Numbered from the whole stretch's first letter, positions 12,175-25,639 are shown. The stretch: 60,437 bases of DNA, filler included, from Sphacelaria rigidula (GCA_964200075.2; 5 parts of 5 records of this genome joined end to end with filler, not necessarily neighbours in it), one strand, 5' to 3'. Program-made: numbers and translations. Notes: a model not told the origin generated them from the letters alone.

Positions 12175-12571
12175 TCACGAAAACCTTATTCAGTGTTCTT
12201 GGTACATAAAAGTCGTCATGGAAATTTCCCATCAGCGGGCGGATGCTGGTATATATAAGTCAGTGACGGGCATCGGTTCAAGGGCCAGGGGATGGCGGGT
12301 GAAAAGTATCCAACATTCCATATCATTGATACCCATCGCTTAATTCGATGGGAAAAGCCTTGCACTGATTGCCTCATCTTTTCCAGCGCGTGTGGCGGGA
12401 ACGATTACATTACTTCAATCGGTTACTCTTCCGATCGACGGGTTTAACACCGTGATTATGTGGTGTGACGATGAAACACACATAAAAAGTATTTGCAGAG
12501 TTGTCCGTCGGTGCTGCTCAGATAGTGGAGAACTGGTCCCGACTAGCTGGGAAAACACAAATGTCAGCATC

Positions 12572-14143
12572 ATGTCCTGGTGGAGTAAAGTGCAACGATC
12601 CATGAGTTTGCGAGATCCCAATTCCCTCAAGAAAACGGTTTTGCGTAGCGCAGACAAGTATAATCAGCAGGCCAAAAAGAGCTCCGAAAAGCTTCAAGGC
12701 AGGCTAACGGAACAAGGCACCCAACTATCCAAACAAGCGAGCGACTACGGTAACAGAGCCACGTCCGAACTCAAAAAGACCACAGATGAATATGGGAGCC
12801 GTGCTATGGACAAGATGAAGCGCACCGCTAGTGCTAATGGGGCGTGGTTTCAAAACATCCCCGAGAGGTTGCGATTGCGGAGTATTGAGCTGGGCAGAGA
12901 GGCCCAGAAACGAGTTGCAGACAGGATTGCTGACATGCAGCAGCGCGCTGTGGGTGCTGCAAAAGCGTTGCCTGCCAAGGCTATTGAGGTGTGTGGCTTT
13001 TCCGCGGGGGTGATTTCGTGGATGATGGATGGTGATTGTGGTCGCTGCTGCTTGGAAATGGTTTTTATGTTTCAATCTTAGACAGTTCAGTGTACAGTAG
13101 TAACGTACCGTGCAGCACAGGATAGCACATGACGGCACAGACAGCACAGACAGTACAGTTCACGCTACACACTTACTTACACTACACTACACTACAGAAA
13201 AGCACATTGCGGTACGGTACGATACAGTACAGCAGTGTGAGTTGAAGATCGTTTCAATTCGACTACCCGCCGACGCCTGATGAAGCGTTGTGGGTTGTTT
13301 GGGAGCGTCATGGCTGAAAATGTTGCGCACTTACGGTGATTGATCGTGAGTGCTTATTGCACTTAGCACTTGCCCTCGCAGTGTACACGACAGACGGTCA
13401 TGATCATTTTACTAACAGAGCAAAACAGCCACGCAACCCGTGCCGGGATATTGAACTCTGGCCCCTTTTTTCTCGAGAAATGAAGCTCAACCCTTCTTAG
13501 ATATCTTGACTTGACAAGCACCTGGAGTAATGTTTTCTAGCGTGAAGAAAAACACGGGAAAAGATCGGAGGGGCTATGCCAAGAGGTACCCATGGGCCGG
13601 GAAGTATCATCACGGAAAGTACACACGTGGCATGCTCAGCAAAGTATCAACTGCAGATACAAGTAGCCTACACGTTGATTTCGAACAAGCTTCACCCGCA
13701 AGATGCGGTATGTCCGGCGGTAATTGTTGTTGTTGCTGTTGTTGTTGGAAAGCACGTCGGAAACCTTCGACACTGTAACTTCACCTTCAACCCCCCCCCC
13801 CCGCCGCAAACGCTCTGTGAATATTATGCAGATGGGAAAGGACGCAGCAGCGGCCGGGGGGAGGGCAGCCAAAACCGCTGCAGAGACGGGCACACGGGCA
13901 GCAATCGACGCTGGAAAACGCGCCACCGGAAAGGCCTCTGATGCCATGCCGGGGGTTAAGTCGTACGCAACATGGGCGGGGCGCAAGGTCGTTTATGTTT
14001 TGTTTGGCACGGCCTTTTTGTATGGTTTAGGCAGTGCGCTCCCGGGTGCAGTTGCGAAGTACTATGGAGAGGGGACAGGTCGTCGACGAGAATCTGACGA
14101 CAACAAAGAGGAGGATCAGATCGTGGTCGCCAAGTATCGGTAG
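12572..14143 (+). CDS. Two-exon gene (12572-12988, 13832-14143), about 242 aa, LEA-like amphipathic helical protein with a C-terminal hydrophobic segment
   Basis: ATG at 12572; donor GAG|GTGTGT; acceptor TATGCAG|ATG after a C-rich tract; phase-0 join reads ..AKAIE|MGKDAAAA..; A/K/T/E-rich helical repeats; VVYVLFGTAFLYGLGSALPGAV hydrophobic stretch; stop TAG at 14143. Confidence 0.75.
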
Positions 14144-15374
14144 AAGCATCCCAAGTGTGTAGACCCGGCCCGCTGAATTGAAATCGGGTCGGTTCAGTGT
14201 ATGCGACGTGTAGCGAAGGTTGAGTACATGCTGCAGTCATCAGCAGGAGCTTTTTTTCTCGCGTGGTTGTATTGGTAGCATGCAAATCAGATAGGGGTTC
14301 GGGAGGAGAGTACTGAGGGAGGGGGGGGGGGGATAACGATAGGTTTTTCATGCGATTTGTCAGGTTTTGCCTCGGTAAATTGTGGGTTTTTCCCACGGTA
14401 TGTCGGCGATCTCTGCATACCTTTCTGAGTCCATCATGGGCCTCTTGGTGCAAAGAGCGATGTGACGGAGGAGCCGCTGGTCGTCCAATGCAACATTTGA
14501 ATTAGTGATTCATCGGGCTGGTTCTCGTTTTATTTCAATTCAAGGACGTCTAACGATGGTATTGAGGGATGAATATATACATCGATCTTCCTTGCGTGTA
14601 GTGTGGCGCGTCGTGATATCGTTGGTGGTTCAGTTCGTACTTATCGCTGGTGTTGCGTTTTGTGTTACGTAGAGCTAGCTTCATATTTGGTGCCGTGTTT
14701 TTTTTTCAAATCTATTGATGTTCTCAAGCGTACTGGGGATAACGGTTGTTGTCATTATCTGGTGTCAAATACAGCGTCAAGTATTTTCGGATTATCCAAT
14801 GATCATGCTCATATTTCGCGAAGCAGTATGTATCTGTCTCATATGGAGTTGATCCCAACCAATAATCATATTTCCTATTGGTCACGGACATGCGCTTCTG
14901 GCGGCAGTACGGTACATGAGCATCGATCGTGCATGGGCAGAAGACATATTTCACCCATGATGAAGCAAGAACAACAGCGAACGGTAAAAAGAAAATGGAA
15001 CAGGTCATCGCTCGGGACAAAAAAGGTTTTCCGGCGACGAAGAAAACGAATATCTACAAATGGAAACACAAATTGTAGGTTCCCTGTAACCGTATAGCCA
15101 ACCTGGAGTGCGCCGCGCGATTGATCGTCCACTAGTCATCTAAGCACTTGAATCACGTTGCACCATCCTGCGACACCAACATACGGCCTGGTGGTGGTAC
15201 CCGTATGTTGATGGCAGTTTGGCCAATCGAGATTCCCGGATTCATGCCCAATTACATGGAAGAGTCCGCATGCATTTTTCATAAAGGCGAAAACAACTAC
15301 ACCTGTTTTGGCTCCAAACTCCTCGCCGTTCGAAGGTGATAACCCAAGATTTTCGAGGGAAAAAATCCAAGGTT

Positions 15375-16192
15375 AACAGCGTTTTCGTGAGATTGAGAGA
15401 GCGCTGCTTGAGAGTGGCTTCGGTCATTTGCTTCAATTCAGCCATTTTTCATTCCGTGTGTGCTTTTCTTTGCCTCCATCACTGGCGTGTGCTTAGAGCT
15501 ACACGTCGATATCCTACTCAGGGATATCAAGGGCCTCAATGGCAAGCTACTACAGAGAGCCTATCAGGCCTCGTGGAGGAGCATTTCGGAACTGAAACGC
15601 TTCATTCATCACGTGACCGCTTTTCACTCTCAATCGTATCCTGTACTCTCAATCTCACGGAAACATTGTTGGTTGTGTTCTGTAGGGTATCATTCCGCCT
15701 GAAAATGGGGTATTTTCAGAAGTATGAAGGAGGTATTTTGTCGGCGAATATCCTTCCGAGCCATACCTAGAGTGCTCGGAACAGGGCTCGATACCCTTGT
15801 CGAACCATAGTGGGATACTCGATACATATTTCAGTACGGTTTAGTAAACCAATCGAAAATCCCCCACCTCCGGGTGTACCCTTCAGAACGCAACCAGCGA
15901 TGTCTCGTGAGATTGGGAGTAGAGGATACGATGAGAGTGAAAATCGGTCAATTTGTGGATGGGTCGTTTAAGTTCCGAAATGCCCCTCCACGAGGCCCGA
16001 TATACTTTCTGTAGTAGCTTGCCACTGAGGACTTTGATACCCTTAAGTAGGATATCGACGTGTAGCTCTAAGCACATGCGAGTCATGGAGGCAAAGAAAA
16101 GTACATATGGAATGGAAAATTGGCCAAGTTAAAGTGAATGACCACAGTGACTATCAATCAGCGCTCTACTCTCGATCTCACGGAAACGTAAC
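15375..16192. repeat. Long imperfect inverted repeat (arms about 15375-15712 and 15860-16192); each arm has its own short TIRs
   Basis: The two arms give near-identical translations on opposite strands (CLELHVDILL..LQ..Y.ASWR.ISELKR); each arm is bounded by cgtgagattg.gag / ctc..atctcacggaaac. Confidence 0.85.
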
Positions 16193-17199
16193 CTTGTAAT
16201 TATCTCAGTAATGAATAAGATTTTTGTGCATACCTATTCTTCAATTATTCTCTCGGGGTTCGAGAGGACCTGAACATTCGAGGAGAGGTGCAATCCGGCA
16301 ATTGAACGGCCATAGTCAGAGGACCTTCATTGCTATTGTTTCCGCGGAGAAGGGTGGACTTTTTTTCGGAAATATGTGAGTCAAATAATGGACGTGACTG
16401 TGAGAGAAAAAAAAATGAGAACTTCGGTAGTGATGGTCTTCAAATTGTCGATTCGCACATCTTGCCAATTTTTCGGATCTTAACTCGCAAACTTCGAGCG
16501 AAATATTGAGGGGGAAACTTTCCAAGTCAAGCAGTTGGACCGGCCTGAAGTCTTTATCCGGAATGGAAGCAAACACGGCATGGGCAACAGAACGCAGCGC
16601 AAAGGCAGAGTTCGGCAGTCGTGCACCCACCCGAGAGAGGGCGTCGCAGCTTCTTACAAGGTACCCGAGCAATCTCCATGCCACACTACTGCTTGTTGTG
16701 CTAGAACACGAAATGCGGCCTGATGGCAGCCGTTATGGGGCATTTTTGGTGCGGCGCTACAATACCCAAAAAGTATTTCCTCAGATTCGAATCGTTAGGA
16801 ACCCTCTCCCATATAACACGACTTGCGAAATATGTGAGAGCAAGCCACGATTGAACATCCCGATGGACGAAGGATATCCCGAATGTGCTTCAAAACGGGA
16901 ATGTCCTGACCATTACTCCTGTGTACGAGCCGCTCCTAACTTTGGAGGTCCCTGAATGAGAAAGATCTAGACCCAAGAAGTGTGCAACCCTTTCCGCAGC
17001 ATGACTCTTTGCCAGCAAAATACGTATGCCCGATTTCTTCTTGTTCAATCGTCCTGAAAAACATGGCAGGCGCGTCGCTGACAACAAAAGAAGGCGAGCG
17101 TTTTCCCACCGTACGGCAACAGTCCCTTTTTCGACCCCTCCCACCTCGTTGCCGTCCAACGCTCATAGCCAAAAGCATCGAAATGGGGGGGCTATGTTC

Positions 17200-17455
17200 C
17201 ACGGTTCGGACGAATCATTGCAGGTTCGAATAACCAAACCCCCGATTCCTCAGGCCTGATCGCTCGAAAGAGATAAAGTCGACCGCTGGTCAAACAGGTC
17301 TCCACGTAACGTTTGCGCCGTTCCACGTGCCTGGGCTGCGCGTAGTTGGCTTGCAACGCTGGAAACAAAGCCTAAGGATTGATTCGTACGGTACGAATCA
17401 AGTGGACTAAAATCAAGTTATTTCCAGACGAATCATCAGTTCGTCCGACCCTTGT
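17200..17455 (+). mobile_element. About 250-bp MITE family (TCGGACGAA termini)
   Basis: Copies at 24218-24320 (partial), 54295-54555 (reverse) and 56265-56535 (reverse); ends ttcggacgaatcat / ttcgtccgacc. Confidence 0.7.
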
Positions 17456-17959
17456 AATGTTCGATGAGAGTACTAGTGTAAAATGATACGTATGCCCTAT
17501 TTGGAAACGTGCAAGCCATGCAATGGTTTTGTCACTTCTCGACTCGACTATCAGAAGATACTGAAAATGAGGGTGAAATTGAGAGTGGAGGAAGCAAATC
17601 GATGATTCGGAGCTTTCGGCTATGCAACCTGTGTTTTTGGAAGTTGTAGAAGCGTGCATGAATCCATCGACTTCAGTTCAATTAGACCAAATTCTTCCAG
17701 GTTTGACAACCTCGACAACGTTGCTAATGCCTTCGAATGGTGGCTTCATTCTGTCTTGTCGAAATATTTCGTGTCCTGTTTTCCTACCTCGAGTGAGACA
17801 TCGTGGAACACGAAACCGTAATGGGAGAAACATTAGGTAAACAGTACACAAACACTGCGCTGAGGTTCCACTTTCCCCACTACTATATATAGAGTAAACT
17901 CAACGTACTATCCTATACAGAGCACGACAGAAGCACCAGCAGGTCTCCATCACACCCAT

Positions 17960-18478
17960 TTCCCCCGTGGGATCGGGTTGGCAACGGCGCTGTTAAGCAC
18001 GCCACTCACTGCGTGAGCTAGGCAACCAGGTTGCCGGTGTTTTTTTGCGCGCTTGCGTTTTCTTGCCGCTACCATGATGATGGTCGAGCTATTGAAGATC
18101 AGATTGTGCGGGGTGGAGAAACCTCAATTCCGCGCCAAGGGGATGATCATATTGCGTAGTGTTTGCATGGTGAGACCCATGAGGCAGTGTATAACCCATG
18201 GCTGTCTCTGGAAGTGGCGATGCCCGAAAATGAAGCAACTCATTGGAGGCTGCCATTCATCTCTAAATATAGTCAGTAGGCTTCGGGCCGAACAATCTTA
18301 GGAGGATGTAACCAACCCTTCATGCGACTCGCCGAACACATCACGACGCTCCGCGCTTGGTGATTAATTGCGAGCCTTGGCCGGCGAAAACCGGGCGTGC
18401 GCCGACCTGGCTCTGTAGGGATGCGAGGTCAATGGTCAGATGACTACGTCATGCAAGATCATGAGTACACCGTCCCCC
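17960..18478 (+). mobile_element. Family A retroelement 3' fragment
   Basis: Ends GGGATGCGAGGTCAATGGTCA..ATCATGAGTACACCGTCCCCC; C-rich sequence also at the 5' junction. Confidence 0.75.
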
Positions 18479-19621
18479 ATCTCTAGTCCGATATGGAGCG
18501 GGCGACCCTGTGGTCATTTCCATCTCGGACTCCGGGTGGGCTTTTGCTGCCGATGCTGTGCCAGCGGTTGAAGGTCTCTTACCGCAACAACACTTCGAGG
18601 ACCAGTGTTGTTGTCGTGAAGCGTTTCTGCGACAACCAAGAGTTCCCCCACGGCTCTCGCATTGGTACGCGTGAAAAGTTGCTCAGTGCGTTCGCCCGAT
18701 ACTCCACGAAATGCCGAAATAATGTGGAAAATATGAAGCCCAAACTTCCAACGCTATATATACATTGCGTAGATAGCAAAATACAAACATCGTTCACTCA
18801 GTCCATCTCTGTCTGAGAACACACAGAAGCAAGTTGTGAGAGGTTCTTACTTTGCCTGTGAGGAGGGCATGCTTGTCTTCGTCGTTTTGAGGATCTAGGA
18901 TTTCTCGTACAACTCACCAAGTATGCTGATCACTATTCAATTTCAACTACAGTACAGCTGGCTCCATCAAGGTACGTACGAGTGCCGATGCTTACATTTC
19001 ACCAGGCTCTGGGTCGTCGTAATGTGCATCGGCACAGTTATATTCACGCTACAACTTCAGTACAAGGTAGCACATAGTAATGATTCCCAGCAGCTACTAC
19101 ACCACTTAGTGTATTACAATAAGTATTCTAGTCCACGTGCCATACGCACTACTGAATACCCTCCTGGTTGCTACGCCTGTTTCAGCCCACAGGGCATCGG
19201 CTTTCCCAAAAGCTACACAGCTATACCCGCTAGAGAGGGTCAATCCACATCACACCAGCGCATCCGCCATTTTGTCCACGTTTCCTCTTTCACCAGGAAC
19301 GTCCCTCCAGGGGCAGCGACTACTTAATTCAGAAGGCCCTGGAATCCAGGACGACCTGACGTACTTGTAGATGGATATACCCGCATCATAAAACAACATA
19401 TCCGTATCGTGCCGCTCCACGGAAGAAATCTTGGAGTCAAGAAAAGTGTTCTTGTCGCGGGGCAGGCCGCTTCGGCCTATTCCTCCATTGTCAGCAAAGC
19501 ACGCGCAGGAACTCTTACTCTAAACGATCTATGAAACACTCTTAGACAGGCAAAAAATTTTCCTCAGTAAACAGGGATGGGCGCCAAAAGATGTCCAACC
19601 GACGGATAATCTAATTTGTAA

Positions 19622-19640
19622 AACCACCACCACCACCACC

Positions 19641-19671
<31 letters not shown>

Positions 19672-19697
19672 GCAGCAGCAGCAGTAGCATCATTAGC
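19622..19697. repeat. Compound microsatellite (ACC)n(ATC)n(AGC)n
   Basis: Seen directly. Confidence 0.9.
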
Positions 19698-19971
19698 ATC
19701 GACCATTTCTCTCGATCAGATGTCAACAAGAAACAACAAGCCCATCCCCTCACCCACCCACACGCGATACTTGTAGAAACAGTACGAAACAAAGGCATGG
19801 GTTATGCACAAGTAATAGCACAACGTGCCACTCGCCGCGCGCGCGGACAACAAAGAGCTGTAATATCGGTCTCTCTACCTGTCGAGCCTATCTAACAGCC
19901 ATGCTATACGAAAGCACACACACGCACACGAATGCACATATACATACACCTGAAGGAGAAAATGTTGCTTC

Positions 19972-22666
19972 TTATTTCGGCGCTTTAAGGGCGGCTTCCA
20001 ACGCACGCCGCCTTTCCACGGCAGCCTTAACCCTCGCAATCGCAAGCGGCGTGGGCTTTAGCAGCAAACTGTTTTTGCGTTCCCGAGCCGGCGAAACCAC
20101 AACAGAGTCGCCGCCTCCCTTACTCCCACCCACCCCAGCATCCCCACCTTTTGCGGTTATCGCTCCCTCCCCCACCTCTGCCCCCTGGTTGCCAGTACCA
20201 TCGCTGCCTCTATAGCCGTCATTTCGCCCCCCGGTGATGTCGTCAACCCTCCCTGGAATATACCGGTAAGGTTTGGGTAGTGACGATCTTCTTCTGCTGG
20301 GATTGTTTTGACCTTCCTCCGACGGTGTTACTGCTACTTGGGGACTGTTGTTGTTATTGCTGTTGTTATTATTGTCACCACCTGAGGGCAATCCATCTTC
20401 CTGTGGCGCAGCGATGGGAGCAGACGAACGTCGACGCGACAGGGCAACAGACGCCCCCGCTCCGACGGGCGGTCCCGACAAGCGGTTTGGTCGGCCTTGT
20501 TGCTGTTGTTCCTTTTGCTGCTGCCGCTGCTGCTCCTGCTGCTGCTGTTTTTGATCCCGTTCACGGTCCCGGCATTGCTGCTGGAGGGCCTTGGCAGCGA
20601 TTGGATCTCGAGCGACGCCGACACCCCGTTCGTAGCATAGCCCCAAGTTCCACAAGCCTGAACGGAGTTCAAAACAACGTGCGTATATATATATATATAT
20701 ATATGTATGTATATACATCCTAACTTGCAATACTTCACGAGCCAGGCGGTAACTTTGTGCGGTAATTTTTGTACGAGCTTGACGTTATATGTGTATTTCT
20801 TGAGCATGTGGGAATGAAAGATCAAAACACTCAAACCGCAAGTCATCCTGCATACGCGCGTGCTTGGTTTATTCTCCTACAGCAACACCTTTTCACTTTG
20901 TCCATTCATTTAATGAATTCGTTCCACTCATAATGTCTTGTACAAAAATACTACCCACAGTCGATGCTTTTCGATCCAGACAGAGACAAGATCACGTACA
21001 CCATCAAACGGCCTTTGGAGATGAGACCGCTCACGTTTCCCCGTCTATTACTCGCTGCTGTACGTATTTCAGCAAGACCAACTTCAAACTGTTCTACCAT
21101 GATCCCTCTTTACCGTCCACCCCCCCGCCGTGTGCATCACCCCCATCGGCGAACGTTCGACCGAAATCTGTCGAATTTTCCATGAATGAATGAACTAATT
21201 ATTTATGAAATCCACGAGTCAGCACCGCAATGAACCCGAAATCAAGAAACAACCCACCCCCTCCCAACAAAAATACAGATGAACGACAAACATATCTATT
21301 CCATTTTCTTCGTAATACATATGTGACTGGTTGGCCGGAAAATTTCGCCTGTATCTTCGTCGGCGGTCGTGCAGAGCGATCATTCTGCCGACATGTGAAG
21401 GAACAAGAAAAACAGGTTGCATAAAACCATTGACTGCTTCTGACCCCGGAAAATGTCAAGGCGAATTGCTTCGACTTCATACTTCAGTGTTTTTTTTCTC
21501 CCCGAATATGGATCGATTCGACTGGCGTGAGTGATTATCGTACACTAAATTACCCGCTGTGAATTCAGCCGTGGCCGCCATATAGGCGTTTGCGCTCAAG
21601 GTATAAAAGAGCAGAACGCAGAAACATCATCTGCGGAGAGAAACTTGTGGACATAGGGAAACTGAAGCAGAAAAAAGAGGAAGACGGCGTAATGTGAAGA
21701 ACAAAAGGAGATGAGGAAAAACAGAACATGAAAACAACAAGTGAAAACTACTGAATTGGAGATGAAAACAAAAAGTTAGAAGAGAAGCCCTAGGCCAAGA
21801 GCTAGCACTGGTCCCCAAGAGAATATTATGGATTGCTCGACACATCACAAACGCTGAAGCCAGGGAATAACATATTGACACTTCGGGACAACGGCGACGA
21901 CGGACGACGAGCGATGAATGATAATTCAAGAAAAAATGTCAAGTAATATGAGATACAATAAAATATCAACGATGGAAAAAAAGCGTTTACACATAAAGGT
22001 GTTTACGTAAACATGTTTTCGATCCTTATTGTTCTATTTCTCTCATGCCTGTAGCTACTGATGAGTTAGTTCATCTTTTCGGACCCAGATGTACTGCTGT
22101 ACATGGACTTATACAAAGTGTGGTAGGTATGTCCAGAAATCAAGTACTTTGTCTACAGATCACCATACCTTATTCAGAGATTGCCCCCCTACACTTGCCT
22201 CAAAGCCTGATGGTTACAAAAACGGTGTGCGCGCAATTGACATGCCATACTTCCCTACTGCAGGTTTGATGCTGTATATATATATATATATACTTTACAT
22301 AGCTCCACCTACTATAATGCTAAATTACACTGCTTTGAAGATAACTTTTGATTTCGGATGCTCGACACCTCGCTCGAGATCTCACATTTTGTAAAGTCAA
22401 AAGTAAATCGGGGTCCGGGACAACTTGCTCATCACTAGTAGCTACGCACGAGACACGGAAAACTCATAAACAGATGTATGTTGTTGCCATAATAACACTA
22501 TTCTACACACACGCGCGCTCGACGTGTCCGTTATTCATTGTCATGCACATGACTCACCGGAAATATCGCCTTCATCTGCAGCCTTTTTGAACCACCCAAG
22601 AGCCTCCCCTGCCTCCCGCCCCGGCGAACGCCCCGTCAAACACAGGACTCCCATGTTCACCGCCGC
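19972..22666 (-). CDS. 3' part of a Sel1-like repeat protein gene (exons 22666-22558 and 20657-19972); 5' exons not identified in this contig
   Basis: AAVNMGVLCLTG..EALGWFKKAADEGDIS|GLWNLGLCYERGVGVARD matches the Sel1 repeat pattern; phase-1 GT-AG junction (G|GTGAGT..TTCAG|GC); low-complexity polyQ/polyN tail; stop at 19972. Confidence 0.8.
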
Positions 22667-23569
22667 CTGGATTGTTTTGTGACACCGGGAGGGGAAAAGT
22701 ACGATCACTGATATCATTGCAGAAAAAACGAACAATTGAAGACCGACATGCGTATGTCCTCGGAGATGACTGACCCGAAGAATTCGACTTCTTCTGGATG
22801 ATGACCTACTCCGTACGAAACTAACTAATGACGAAATCTACTTTAAAAGAGGAGATATGACAGCTTTGCCGCGGTGGAGCCATAGACTAAGAACTCTATT
22901 CGCAGTGGACCCATGAACTAAGTACCCTATTCGACATGATCCGTAGGGTATAAAGGACATCATGTATGTCAATGCAGAGCCATGCAGCTCGAGCTTGGAA
23001 AAATGAACACGCCGTCCGGAACAAACGTTGTGGTATGTGTGTTCTCAGAGATGAGCACATTTCCACACTAAGAGTAGTTCACAAATAACATATGACAGCA
23101 TCTGCTTGAAAGCGGGGTACATACGTCGATTCCAAGCGCCTCCGGATACCCAGAGCGATGCATCTTGTTCCGGATAAGATACACGCGTTGGCTTGTTCAA
23201 GAAATAGTAATAGGCAGAAAGAAGACCATTCAACACAGAAAGTAAACAGCAAATAATAGCGATGGCGATGGGGAATACAGTAACGATTATATCAACGACA
23301 GAACGCTAACCGTAACTACAGCAATGATTGGCGAGGCTCAGACAACGGAAACACATTCGCCCCGTGCAAATCGCCGGTCTTTCTCTTTATATATATACGT
23401 ATCCGGCTTCACCGATGAGAACCTGCCTCACCCTAGTGTTAGTGCCATACGTTCTACGGAATCGCTTTCTGCAGTGTTTGTAAACATCGTCAATCATACT
23501 TGGGCCATGCTTCCGGGCAGCTTTTAACATCCTCGCACAAAACCAGTTCCCCCCTTCCCTCAATCTATC

Positions 23570-23688
23570 GTAGCTTGCTCCGGCGAAAACCCGGCGTGCA
23601 CCCTCTCGGCTTTGTAGGAATGCGAGGTCAACGGTCTTATTACAACGGCATACACGGTCATGAGTACACCCCCCCCCCCCCCCCCCCC
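23570..23688 (+). mobile_element. Short family A 3' fragment with poly-C tract
   Basis: ..GGTCATGAGTACA followed by about 20 C; C-rich sequence upstream at 23549-23558. Confidence 0.7.
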
Positions 23689-23859
23689 AAGGGCTGGGCG
23701 GTTTTCAACAGACAAGTACGGCGGTGATCAGTGCGGATAAAGTATCAACCATCCTCAGGCTGCGTAAAGCAGCTCTTGGGGAGTGCTCACGAAATGCCCA
23801 TATTTTGCCTCTTTCGGAATAGATTTAGTACTGTATGTTGCTACGATAGCCGCCGGAAG

Positions 23860-24040
23860 GAAGATAGCTAATTTGAGCGGGTTAAATCTACATGCGATTC
23901 AAAATGACCAAAGTCGAGCACGCCGAGCGGCTAGGCACTCCCACGCTTGGGATGGTTCTCGCCAATGTCGCACATGTGCGGTGCTTCATGCCTTCTGGAA
24001 TCAGCTATCATACGCTGAATGGGCAGTTCTCCGCAAGGGT
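23860..24040 (+). repeat. Dispersed repeat of unknown class
   Basis: Similar to the reverse complement of 59935-60090. Confidence 0.6.
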
Positions 24041-24117
24041 TTTGGGACTCGTTGGGAGGCGGGGGGGGGGGGGGCGCGAACTCTCTTGTTGTTTTTCTTC
24101 TGTGTTTAGGCCTGGGC

Positions 24118-24217
24118 NNNNNNNNNNNNNNNNNNNNNNNNNNNNNNNNNNNNNNNNNNNNTTAATTAATTAANNNNNNNNNNNNNNNNNNNNNNNNNNN
24201 NNNNNNNNNNNNNNNNN
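24118..24217. other. Artificial contig-joining spacer
   Basis: Same 100-bp N44-TTAATTAATTAA-N44 structure. Confidence 0.98.
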
Positions 24218-24319
24218 GCAACGCTGAAAACAAAGCCTAGGGATTGATTCGTACGAGTCGAATTAGTCATACTAAAACCAAGTAATTTCTAGACGAATCA
24301 TCATTTCTCCGACCCTTGC

Positions 24320-24707
24320 AGTTTTTCCCGCGTTCTTTCCCGCGTTTTTTCTGCGGATACCATGATGTTGGTCGAGTTAGATCACGTTGTGGGGGGGTGG
24401 AGGACCCGAAGTCCGCGTAAATGGGGTGATCGTACTACGCAGTGTTCAAGTTGTCTCCATGAGGCAGTGTAACCCGTGGCTGTCTCTGGAAGTGGCGATA
24501 CCACAAAATCAAGCAAATACTTGGAGGCTGTCATCCATATGCAAGATGAGTAGTGCGCTTCAGGCCGAACATATCACAGCGTCTCGCGCTCGGTGATTGC
24601 GAGCCTGATTCGTCGAATACCCGGCGTACTCCGTCCCGGCTTTGTAAGATCAATAGTCTTGTCACTACGGCATGCAAGATTATGAGTACCCCTCACGCCC
24701 TCCCCCC
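24320..24707 (+). mobile_element. Family A retroelement 3' fragment
   Basis: Ends CATGCAAGATTATGAGTACCCCTCACGCCCTCCCCCC. Confidence 0.75.
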
Positions 24708-24960
24708 AGTAGCGATAAAATGATGGTCATACTAGGAGATAGATGGTGGCCACAGACGGCGAAACGGGACGGGGATAAGATATGTAGACGGTTTTTGTGC
24801 AATGTATGGAAGAAACGTAATGAGCGCCGAAACGTTGGAGGTGTCTCTACTAGGAGTAGGAACGGTGCTCCGTCTCGAAAGGGATGCGTGGTCAATGGTC
24901 AAACGACTAGCGCGAGTAACAAATGAGAACCCCTCGCCACCGACCCCCCTCCTCCTCCAC
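24708..24960 (+). mobile_element. Family B LINE 3' end
   Basis: ILGDRWWPQTAK..GAPSRKGCVVNGQ; second copy at 26160-26565 carries the CCHC knuckle; ends AAATGAGAACCCC then a C-rich tract. Confidence 0.75.
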
Positions 24961-25032
24961 CAGAAAAAAGCCTATCCGTTGACTGTCCCTGCCGTCCCTC
25001 TCCTTTTACTTGCGCGCCGTCCTTTTCGTAAG

Positions 25033-25190
25033 GTGGCGTTGTCGATCGATCCTAACAATGCCTCGGCAGCTCTCGCGCTGGTTCATGGTCACGAAATACG
25101 TGGAGAGCACAGGCTGGCTTTGAAAGAGGCGGAAGCTTTTCTCAGTGGAAACCCTGAAAGAGGCGTTGGCAAAAGGGGCCCCAAGAACCG
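25033..25190 (+). CDS. Isolated internal exon, TPR-like (resembles TTC38-type repeat)
   Basis: Pyrimidine tract, TAAG|GTG acceptor and CG|GTACGT donor; VALSIDPNNASAALALVHGHEIRGEHRLALKEAEAFL. Confidence 0.55.
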
Positions 25191-25639
25191 GTACGTCGTA
25201 TGTTGTGTGATTTGTCATGCCGTGGTTCTCATGTTGTGGTTCTCTTGTTCTGTCGACAAGTAATGCAGTATCAACATCCAAGGACACACACTGAGGGAAA
25301 ACGAGGGCACCGGCGACGCAGATACCAACTATGCCCAAGAAAAATACAGTGTGGCACCAACTACAGAGCCGTAGATGATTGCACACTCCATAAGAGCTGC
25401 TGTTCGCAGCAATCACCAGCTTTATACCCCTCTATCTGCAACAAGCGACACATGACACACGACACATGTTTCAAATTTCGCCCAACTGTCTGCTCTAGTG
25501 TTGTGGTTCCCATATTGCGGCTCTCGTTCTGTACTTCACCTGTATAGAATGGCATTTTTCAGGAAGATTTTTGTTTTCCCATGGGCTTGCTCGTCCACGT
25601 GTGAACCCATCGAATCTTGGTTTGTCTTCGGAGAAAGGG

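Noticed and set aside
12392-12571. GTG-initiated N-terminal extension from the ORF track
   Set aside because: Eukaryotic gene; ATG at 12572 is the more plausible start
16316-17200. Overlapping 90-150 aa ORFs
   Set aside because: No recognisable motifs or consistent frame
22558-25190. Sel1 exons and TPR exon as one gene or cluster
   Set aside because: Opposite strands and separated by an artificial contig join
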